Positions 9,201 to 16,601 of a stretch of DNA of 49,381 bases are shown here, in pieces (position 1 is the stretch's first letter; each line of letters opens with the position of its first letter). The translations under genes and the position numbers were made by a program. This DNA comes from Alphaproteobacteria bacterium. Lineage in GTDB: Bacteria; Pseudomonadota; Alphaproteobacteria; GCA-2731375. The stretch is from the NCBI GenBank assembly GCA_047518225.1, contig JAKZRK010000046.1, forward strand, positions 1 to 49,381, read 5' to 3'. Under the pieces are notes generated by a model. The model had not been told where the DNA came from, made no database searches, and was given only the letters and a program-made list of their open reading frames with translations.

Positions 9201-10235
9201 TCATAAACCCCGCGTCAGATCCATCACTTGTTCCAGGTGGGCGATACGCTCGGACAGGCTTTGTTTGTTGTCCAGGCGCAGGGTCAGGGCGTTGATGCCC
9301 GCGTCGCGGTAGGTTTGCAAGCGCTGGCGCACCATTTCCGCCGTGCCGATGGCGCCGAACTGGGTGATCATCTCGTCGGGCACCCGGTCAGCCGCTTCCT
9401 GGCGTTTGCCGTCCAGCCACAGGCGTTGAATGGCCAGGGCGTCGTCGGTAAAGCCGGACCGCTTGAAGGCATCGTTATAGAAATTCGTCGTGGCTGAACC
9501 CATGGCCCCCATGGAAAAGGCCACGCCCGGCCGGCGGGCATCAATCAATTCCTCTACATTCTCGCCGACGGCTATGTTGCACGAGGCATGCAGGTCGATA
9601 TCGGCCAGGCTGCGCCCCGCGGCTTGCGCGCCTTTGCGCAGATAATCCAAATGGGCGTCCGCATGGTCGGGCGAGAACGAGGTGCCCAGCCAGCCGTCGG
9701 CCGCGGCGCCGGTATATTCCAACGACTTTGGCCCCAGAGTGGCGAGATAAATCGGAATTTCGCGGGCCGGATGATCCAGGCGCAGCGCCTTGCCCTCGCC
9801 TCCCGGTCGGGGCAGGGTGTGGTAACGGCCCTCGTACTGCAGTTTTTCGCCGCGAAAGGCCATGCGCAGGATATCGACGGTTTCCTTCAGGCGGGTCAAA
9901 GGCGCCTGATAGGCAACGCCATGCAAACCTTCCACCACCTGGGGCCCACTGACGCCCAGGCCCAGGATGAAGCGGCCATTGGTCAGATTATCCAGGGACA
10001 AAGCGGTCATCGCCGTCATCGAAGGCGTCCGGGCGCTGATCTGCATGATGCCGGTGCCCAGCTTGATCTTGTCGGTCAAGGCGCCGAGGTAGGCCAGGGA
10101 GGTCACCGCATCACCGCCCCAGGCCTCGGCCGACCAGGCATGGTGCACGCCCAGCTTTTCGGCTTGTTGGATCAACTCCACCAAGCCGAGGACGTCGACC
10201 CGGTCATAAGCGCCAATGGAAATCGATACCTTCAT
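9201..10235 (-). CDS. LLM-class oxidoreductase (resembles F420-associated LLM subfamilies)
   Basis: WSAEAWGGDA, IKLGTGIMQISARTP and GRFILGLGVSGPQVVEGLHG motifs. Confidence 0.85.
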   Translation of the reverse strand: MKVSISIGAYDRVDVLGLVELIQQAEKLGVHHAWSAEAWGGDAVTSLAYLGALTDKIKLGTGIMQISARTPSMTAMTALSLDNLTNGRFILGLGVSGPQVVEGLHGVAYQAPLTRLKETVDILRMAFRGEKLQYEGRYHTLPRPGGEGKALRLDHPAREIPIYLATLGPKSLEYTGAAADGWLGTSFSPDHADAHLDYLRKGAQAAGRSLADIDLHASCNIAVGENVEELIDARRPGVAFSMGAMGSATTNFYNDAFKRSGFTDDALAIQRLWLDGKRQEAADRVPDEMITQFGAIGTAEMVRQRLQTYRDAGINALTLRLDNKQSLSERIAHLEQVMDLTRGL

Positions 10236-10238
10236 TTT

Positions 10239-11768
10239 TCAATCCTTCTTGTGCTGCCGGTCAGGCGACGGGGCGGCGAATTCAGGGCCTTCCGGGCAGA
10301 CCCGCACGCCGGGCCGCAGGTTTTTGTAGGGCAGAGTTTCGGGACGGTCAATACTGGCGCCCGGCGCCTCCACGACCAGAATTTGTTCGGCAATTTCGGT
10401 AAAATCAGCCCGGAGGTGCACGCTGCTTTTCAGGCCGAGGATTTTCTGCCGCGCGGGCTCGCAACCCAGATGGCGGAAGATTTCCTGGTCGGCGGCCTGC
10501 ATGCGGTTGGTGGCAACCACCACGGACACGCCGCCGATGCGCAATAGCGCCATGGCGCCCAAATTGGGCGTGATGCCGCCATAAAAGGGTCCGGTACAGG
10601 TGAATTGTCCATTGCCCAGGGCGGCCACCGTAAAGCGGCCCTTGAAAGGCGGGTCGCCGGCGGTAAACACTTTTCCACCCAAATTCACGTCGATCTCGGC
10701 CCCCTGCCCGGCCGCATGGGCCTGGGCGGCCACCTCGCCATCGACCAGAATGCCCAACACGGCGCCATCGGCCCCCTGTTCCACCAGGGCATGCAGCAGT
10801 CCCGTGGTATCCGACGTGGCGCCGGCGCCGCAATTGTCCTGCACATCGGCCAGGACATACGGTTTGTGGGCGTTGGAGGCGATGGCCTCGGCCACCGCCG
10901 CTCCCGGCGTCAAACGGGCGATCTGGAAAGCGGCTTCCCGGGCCAGAATGGCCTCGTAAAGGCCATCGGCGGCGCGGTCGGCGGTTTCCTCATCGTCACC
11001 ATAGGCCACCACCACGGGCCCACAATCCCAGATATCGGCCGGTGGGAAGCCCGGCGTGAAGGAGATCGAACGCACGCCCTCTTCGCCCTCCAGCGCCGCC
11101 AGCCTGGCATAGGCGCCCAAGGCCGGTTCGACCATGGTGCATTGCCCGGTCAACGGCATCAGAAACGGCAACGCACGATGGGTCTTGGCCGGCAGCCGGC
11201 CCGGATCGGCCAGCAGGGTATCCAGGAAATGCGCGGCCCGGCGGCCCGTATCGGCCATGTCCACATGGGGATAGGTGCGATAGGCGATCAGGCCATCGCA
11301 ATTGTCAACCATCGCCCGGGTGGTGTTGCTGTGCAAATCCAGGCTGACTACCAGGGGGAAGTCCGGGCCCAACCGATCGCGCACACGGATCAGCAATTCG
11401 CCTTCACCATCTTCAAGATGTTCGCAGACCATGGCGCCATGCAGGTCGAGATAGACCGCATCGAAGGGCATGGCGTCGGCCAAACCCGTCAACAACAAAT
11501 CCGCGAAGGTCTCGAAAGCATGCTCCGTGACATGGGCCGAAGGAACGTCCGAACACCAGGCAATGGGAGCCAATTCGTGGCCCATGGCCTGGGCCGCGTC
11601 GATAAAGCCGGCGGTTGAAATATTTTTGCCCGGCATGACCGTCAGAATATCCGCCCCGAGGGTCAGCCCGGGAAAACTTTCCGTGCGGAGGAAATCATCC
11701 CAGGTCGCCTTTTGCGGCGCAAATGTGTTGGTCTCGTGTAAAAATCCCCCATGGGCAATCCGGCTCAT
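10239..11768 (-). CDS. M81-family metallopeptidase (MlrC-like)
   Basis: HETNTF, LDLHGAM, LDLHSN, YRTYPHVD, DNCGAG and KSSVH motifs. ATG 11768 has a GGAG SD. Confidence 0.9.
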   Translation of the reverse strand: MSRIAHGGFLHETNTFAPQKATWDDFLRTESFPGLTLGADILTVMPGKNISTAGFIDAAQAMGHELAPIAWCSDVPSAHVTEHAFETFADLLLTGLADAMPFDAVYLDLHGAMVCEHLEDGEGELLIRVRDRLGPDFPLVVSLDLHSNTTRAMVDNCDGLIAYRTYPHVDMADTGRRAAHFLDTLLADPGRLPAKTHRALPFLMPLTGQCTMVEPALGAYARLAALEGEEGVRSISFTPGFPPADIWDCGPVVVAYGDDEETADRAADGLYEAILAREAAFQIARLTPGAAVAEAIASNAHKPYVLADVQDNCGAGATSDTTGLLHALVEQGADGAVLGILVDGEVAAQAHAAGQGAEIDVNLGGKVFTAGDPPFKGRFTVAALGNGQFTCTGPFYGGITPNLGAMALLRIGGVSVVVATNRMQAADQEIFRHLGCEPARQKILGLKSSVHLRADFTEIAEQILVVEAPGASIDRPETLPYKNLRPGVRVCPEGPEFAAPSPDRQHKKD

Positions 11769-11967
11769 GTGCACTCCCTTGTTATTCTTCTTCCCGAAAC
11801 CAGTTGCGCCGCGCCGCCGTCATGGTCGGCACGAAGTTCGTGGCAAAAACAAAAAATACGCCTTTGCCGGTCGTCTAATGCGCCCAATTTTTTGGGCTGC
11901 TGTTGGGAAGCTAACCCATTACCCACTCTCCGTCATCGGTTCATCTAGAGCGGTTCCGCCGCCAGTC

Positions 11968-12393
11968 TCAAGGTTGCGGCGGGTGGTCTTCCACCCAGGA
12001 GACGGCGCAGATATCAGGACGAGCAGCGGCAACTTGATACAAGCGGCGATCTGCCGTTACCAGTGTGGCCTTGTGAGCTTCGGCAACGGCCAGGTAAATG
12101 CAATCGTATGCGGGGTGATCAAGGCTCCGCGCAATCTCCCGCGCGCGATCCAGATGATCCAGGTCCGGAATGAACCTGATATCGCCCGCTAGGAAATGAC
12201 CCCATACCAATTCGGCCTCTTGGTCATCGATGAGGCCGGCATTTTCAATCTTCCATAGCGCGTTCGCCACTTCGAGGCGCATGAAGTCAGGCGCCATAAT
12301 GGGAACCGACGTCTCCATCCAACGCACCGCCTCGGCCGTGAACCGCTGCGACAGCATGGCATTGACAACGACGGAGGCATCTACAACCAGCAT
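11968..12393 (-). CDS. vapC: Type II TA toxin, VapC/FitB PIN-domain RNase
   Basis: VVDAS...EVANA...AYDCIYLAVA...LVTAD PIN acidic residues. Start overlaps the antitoxin stop (TAATG). Confidence 0.88.
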   Translation of the reverse strand: MLVVDASVVVNAMLSQRFTAEAVRWMETSVPIMAPDFMRLEVANALWKIENAGLIDDQEAELVWGHFLAGDIRFIPDLDHLDRAREIARSLDHPAYDCIYLAVAEAHKATLVTADRRLYQVAAARPDICAVSWVEDHPPQP

Positions 12394-12623
12394 TACCGAT
12401 CGCGGTCCTCACGGATTAATTCCGCTGCATCCGGAAACTCACGGTCGCCCAACGACGCCCTAAAATCCGCCAAACGCTGCATGAATTGTTTCCGGTCAGC
12501 CGCCGCCGCCGCGGACAGGATATCGCGCAGTTCCTGTTCCAGGGAATGCCCCTTGCGCGCGGCCCGGCTTTTCAGTGCCGTGACCACGTTGTCGTCAAGA
12601 TTTCTAACGATTACTTGTCCCAT
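12393..12623 (-). CDS. FitA-like ribbon-helix-helix antitoxin
   Basis: MGQVIVRNLDD..V..LK.RAA.KGHSLEQELR.IL is the FitA/Arc-like RHH signature. It lies directly upstream of the PIN gene. Confidence 0.88.
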   Translation of the reverse strand: MGQVIVRNLDDNVVTALKSRAARKGHSLEQELRDILSAAAAADRKQFMQRLADFRASLGDREFPDAAELIREDRDR

Positions 12624-12631
12624 GAGCGTAA

Positions 12632-12650
12632 TGATATCACAATGCTATCA
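12632..12650. promoter_or_regulatory. Candidate autoregulatory operator of the TA operon
   Basis: TGATATCA (palindrome, 12632-12639) and TGCTATCA (12643-12650) lie just upstream of the antitoxin ATG. TGCTATCA is the half-site bound by Neisseria FitAB. Confidence 0.6.
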
Positions 12651-12672
12651 CTGTACGCAAGGCGGGCGGAAC

Positions 12673-13923
12673 CTATCGGTTTTTGCCGAGAAAGCCGAAC
12701 AGATGGCCGGCGATCTTTCTGATCTGGATTTCCTCGGCCCCTTCGGTGATGCGATAGCGGCGGTGATGGCGGTAAATATGCTCGAAAGGCTGGTTGCGCG
12801 TGTAGCCCTCGCCGCCGAACACCTGCATGGCCCGGTCCGAGGCCTGGCAAACCAGCCGGTTGGCCCGATAGTTGGCCATGGAGACTTGATCGGTCACCGC
12901 CATGTGATTGTGCTGATCCAGGTTCCAGGCGGTCTTGTAGACCAGGTTGCGCACCATCTCCGCCTCGGTATGTAGTTCCGCCAGGGGGAATTGGATGGCC
13001 TGATTGGTAGCCAGGGGCTTGCCCCAGGTGGTGCGCTGCTTGGCGTAATTCACCGCCTCGTCGATGCAGAATTGCGCCGCGCCCAGGGATGAGGCTGCCT
13101 GACGGATGCGGTTTTCGTGCAGGAAAGTCTGCGCCACCACCAACCCGTCGCCCTCCTCGCCAAGATAGGATTCCGTATCCAGGGGCATGCGCACATCCGT
13201 GATGGAGACGATGCCGTGGTCGGTGGGCATGTTAAAGGTCCAATCCATCTTCACCACTTCAAAGCCCGGCGCGGTGACCGGCACCAGAAAGGCGGTAATG
13301 CCCAGGCCCTCGCCGGGCTTGCCCGAGGTGCGGGCAAAGACCAGATCGTGGGTCGCCTCATGAATGCCGGAATTGAAGCGTTTGTTGCCGTTGATCACCC
13401 ATTCATCGCCATCCTTGACGGCGGCGGTTTCCATATAGGTGGCGTCGGAGCCATGCTTGGCTTCCGTCAGGCCAAAGCCCACCCGCCGCCCGCCGGTGAT
13501 CAGGGCGGGCAGGAATTCCTCCTTTTGGGCCTCGGTGCCGAATTTCCACATCATGTGAACCAGGGGAAAATTGCCGACGATGGAAGATTCGTTCTGCAGA
13601 TCGTTGTGCAGGCCCAGGCCCTTGTGCGCCAGATGTTCCCGGATCATCGCCATGGCCAGGTTGGAGGCGCCCTGGCCGCCGATCTCCCTGGGCAGGGCAA
13701 AGCGCAGATGCCCCGCCGCATCGGCCAGGTCCTTCATCTCGCGCAACAGCGCTTCCCATGCCTTGGTGGGCTTGCCGTCGTTGTCCCAATCGGTGCGGGC
13801 ATTTTCCCGGCGATGATCGAAATATTGCCGGTTCTCGTTTTCGAGGGGCTTGATCTCCCGCTCAATAAACTCATCCAGTTCATTAAGTTTATCCTGTATC
13901 TCTTTGGGAACATTGAAGTCCAT
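12673..13923 (-). CDS. Acyl-CoA dehydrogenase
   Basis: FGLTEAKHGSDA, WVINGNKRF, QVFGGEGY and RITEGAEEIQ motifs. Confidence 0.92.
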   Translation of the reverse strand: MDFNVPKEIQDKLNELDEFIEREIKPLENENRQYFDHRRENARTDWDNDGKPTKAWEALLREMKDLADAAGHLRFALPREIGGQGASNLAMAMIREHLAHKGLGLHNDLQNESSIVGNFPLVHMMWKFGTEAQKEEFLPALITGGRRVGFGLTEAKHGSDATYMETAAVKDGDEWVINGNKRFNSGIHEATHDLVFARTSGKPGEGLGITAFLVPVTAPGFEVVKMDWTFNMPTDHGIVSITDVRMPLDTESYLGEEGDGLVVAQTFLHENRIRQAASSLGAAQFCIDEAVNYAKQRTTWGKPLATNQAIQFPLAELHTEAEMVRNLVYKTAWNLDQHNHMAVTDQVSMANYRANRLVCQASDRAMQVFGGEGYTRNQPFEHIYRHHRRYRITEGAEEIQIRKIAGHLFGFLGKNR

Positions 13924-13926
13924 TGT

Positions 13927-14412
13927 TTAGTCTTTCTCTTCAATACAGTCATGCAGCAGGTTCAGCGCGGCCCTGGCGAAGACCCACATATTGGCCTCCC
14001 GGTCGTTGTCCCCCGTCTCCAGGGTGATGACGCGCTCCACGGGTCCGCTGACGGCGAGGCAGGTATGGCCGGCATCGTCGCCATAGCGGTTTCCCGTGGG
14101 GCCCGAGGCGCCGGTCTCGGCCAGCCCCCAGGTCGCATCCAGCTTCTCCCGCATGGTGCGGGCGCATAACAGGGCATAGGGCTCCGAGGACGAGCGCATG
14201 CCTTGCATGGCCTCGGGCGGGATGCCCAGCAAATGCTCACGGGCGGGAAGGGTGTAGATGACACCGCCGCCCAAAAAATATGCCGAGGCGCCGGGCACAC
14301 ACAGCAGAGAGGCCGAAACCAAGCCCCCGGCGGACGATTCAGAGACGGCGACGGTTTCGCCGCGGTCTTTCAATATGGCGCCCAATTCGGCCGCCATGTT
14401 CAGATTGCTCAT
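13927..14412 (-). CDS. CinA C-terminal/PncC-family protein
   Basis: TVAVSESSAGG, PGASAYF and ETGASGPTG motifs of the CinA/PncC fold, with a divergent active site. Confidence 0.8.
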   Translation of the reverse strand: MSNLNMAAELGAILKDRGETVAVSESSAGGLVSASLLCVPGASAYFLGGGVIYTLPAREHLLGIPPEAMQGMRSSSEPYALLCARTMREKLDATWGLAETGASGPTGNRYGDDAGHTCLAVSGPVERVITLETGDNDREANMWVFARAALNLLHDCIEEKD

Positions 14413-14482
14413 CGGTATCCTCCCCCTTTTACCTTATTGTGCCGACAAATCCGTCGAAGCGCCAGATCGGTCAGGAAACTGC

Positions 14483-15340
14483 GTGCAGAATAACCCCCTC
14501 AAGGGCATCGTCTTGATGAATGTGGCCATGTTTTTACTGGCCGCCATGGATGGCATTACCAAGACCCTTGCCCCGGACTATTCGGTGCCGCAGATCCTCT
14601 CCGTGCGGTTCCTGATTTTCTGCCTGTTTGCCCTGGCCATCGCCCGGCCGAAAAGCCTCCGGGCGGCCTTTCGCTCCCATCACCCCTATCTGCAAATCGC
14701 CCGCAGCCTGATCATCACCATCGAGGTCGGCGTCTTCATCATCGCCTTCCGCTATCTGCCCCTGGCCGATGCCCACGCCATCGCCGGCATCGCGCCCCTG
14801 TTGGTCACCGCCCTGGCGGTGCCTGTCCTGGGCGAAAAGGTCGGCCTGCGCCGGTGGAGCGCCATTGCCATCGGTTTCATCGGCTTGCTTGTCATCGTCC
14901 GCCCCGGCCTTGGCGTCTTCAACCCTGCCGCCCTGCTCCCCCTGGGCGGTGCCTGCCTGTGGGCGGTCTATCAAATCCTGATGCGAAAAGTGGCCGAGGA
15001 CAGCGCCGCCACTTCCCTTCTGTACATGGCGGTGATCGGCGCCGTGGTGATGACCGCCCTGGCGCCGTTCTTCTGGCGCCCGCCGGACGCCACCGGCTGG
15101 CTGTTACTGGTCGCCCTGGGCCTAGTCGGCAGCCTGGGCCACTACATCTTGATCAAGGCCTTCCAGGCCGCCCCCGCCTCCACCCTGCAACCCTTCCACT
15201 ACGTCGTGCTGCTCTGGGCCACGGCGGTCGGCTACGTCATATTCGGCGACCTGCCCGATACATGGATCATCCTGGGCGCGGCCATCATCGCCGCCAGCGG
15301 ACTGTACGCCTTCTATCGGGAACGGGTACGGGCCAGCTAA
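14483..15340 (+). CDS. DMT/EamA-family transporter
   Basis: About 10 hydrophobic segments; LGEKVGLRRW, IVRPG and GYVIFGDLPD motifs. GTG start at 14483 behind AGGA. Confidence 0.88.
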   Translation: MQNNPLKGIVLMNVAMFLLAAMDGITKTLAPDYSVPQILSVRFLIFCLFALAIARPKSLRAAFRSHHPYLQIARSLIITIEVGVFIIAFRYLPLADAHAIAGIAPLLVTALAVPVLGEKVGLRRWSAIAIGFIGLLVIVRPGLGVFNPAALLPLGGACLWAVYQILMRKVAEDSAATSLLYMAVIGAVVMTALAPFFWRPPDATGWLLLVALGLVGSLGHYILIKAFQAAPASTLQPFHYVVLLWATAVGYVIFGDLPDTWIILGAAIIAASGLYAFYRERVRAS

Positions 15341-15416
15341 AACCGGCTCAGCGCGTCCTGCAATTTCGCCCGTGTTTGTTCCGCCTCCACCAGACGTTCG
15401 CGCTGGATTTCGGCCA
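15337..15416 (-). repeat. Displaced duplicate of the valS 3' end (direct repeat of 16602-16681)
   Basis: 71/80 identity. Encodes [25 protein letters not shown] versus [25 protein letters not shown] in valS. Confidence 0.93.
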
Positions 15417-15437
15417 AGGGCTAGAACCCTGCCATTT

Positions 15438-15516
15438 TGGGTATTCATGGGTAAATTTATGGAAGAAATGCCATAAACGTTGCATTAATGGGTATTTTTG
15501 GGTATATTCTTGGGTA
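15438..15516 (+). promoter_or_regulatory. Array of five TGGGTA direct repeats upstream of the Fic gene
   Basis: Copies start at 15438, 15448, 15489, 15499 and 15511 in AT-rich DNA. The last overlaps the ATG. Confidence 0.55.
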
Positions 15517-16568
15517 TGACGCTCAACCTCGACAGTTTATTTATCACCCCGGAAATCCTTTCGCTCATTGCGGAACTGGATGAGTTAAAGGGGGCATGGC
15601 GGGCGTTGGGAAGACTGGCGCCGGAACGCCTATCGGCCTTGCGCCGGGTTGCCACAATTGAGAGCATCGGCTCTTCGACCCGCATTGAAGGCGGCAGGCT
15701 CTCCGACCGCGAGGTCGAACACTTGCTGGCCAATCTTGAAATCCAAAAATTCGAAACCCGCGACGAACAAGAGGTGGCCGGTTACGCGGAGACCATGGAA
15801 GTGGTGTTCGCCCATTATGACGCCATCGAGATCACGGAAAACCATATCAAGCAACTGCACCGCGACCTGCTGAAACATAGCAGCAAAGATGAAAGCCATC
15901 GCGGCAACTACAAAACCAATCCCAACCATGTCAGCGCGTTCGATGCGGACGGCAAGGAAATCGGCGTCGTCTTCAAAACCGCCACGCCCTTCGAAACGCC
16001 CCGCTTGACGAACGACCTGGTCGAATGGACGCGAAGCGCCCTCAACGAGAACCGGCTGCATCCCCTGCTCGTGATCGCGACCTTTATCGTCGTCTTCCTG
16101 GAAATCCACCCGTTTCAGGACGGCAACGGACGTCTGTCCCGCATTCTAACGACGCTATTGCTGCTGCGCGGCGGCTACGCCTATGTCCCCTATGCCTCGC
16201 TTGAAAGCGTTGTTGAACAAAGCAAGGAAAGTTACTACATCGCCCTCAGACGAACCCAGGGCACAATCCGCGGCGGCGCGCCCGAATGGCGACCTTGGAT
16301 CATCTATTTCCTACGCGCCCTGCAACGGCAAAAGAGGCACCTTGAAAAGAAGATCGCACGGGAACGCATGGTCATTGATGCCCTGCCCGGACTATCGGTT
16401 CAGATTCTCGAACTCGCCAAGGAACATGGCCGCCTCGGCATCGGCCAAATCGTCAAACTCACAAGCGCCAACCGCAATACGGTCAACAAACACCTCAAGG
16501 ACCTGGTTGTTGCGAACCACTTGGCCCAACACGGCGTTGGCAGAGGAACGTGGTATGGACAGTCTTAG
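15516..16568 (+). CDS. Fic-family protein (AMPylase) with a C-terminal winged HTH
   Basis: Canonical HPFQDGNGRLSR motif, N-terminal STRIEG autoinhibitory motif (class II Fic) and a C-terminal HTH ending GVGRGTWY. ATG at 15516. Confidence 0.93.
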   Translation: MTLNLDSLFITPEILSLIAELDELKGAWRALGRLAPERLSALRRVATIESIGSSTRIEGGRLSDREVEHLLANLEIQKFETRDEQEVAGYAETMEVVFAHYDAIEITENHIKQLHRDLLKHSSKDESHRGNYKTNPNHVSAFDADGKEIGVVFKTATPFETPRLTNDLVEWTRSALNENRLHPLLVIATFIVVFLEIHPFQDGNGRLSRILTTLLLLRGGYAYVPYASLESVVEQSKESYYIALRRTQGTIRGGAPEWRPWIIYFLRALQRQKRHLEKKIARERMVIDALPGLSVQILELAKEHGRLGIGQIVKLTSANRNTVNKHLKDLVVANHLAQHGVGRGTWYGQS

Positions 16569-16601
16569 TTCGCGCAACAAGGGTCATGTGTTGACGCCCC
16601 C

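Noticed and set aside
11826-11900. Short palindromes (cacgaagttcgtg, gcccaattttttgggc) and a sigma54-like string upstream of the M81 gene
   Set aside because: Short enough to arise by chance. The sigma54-like match is poor and on the wrong strand.
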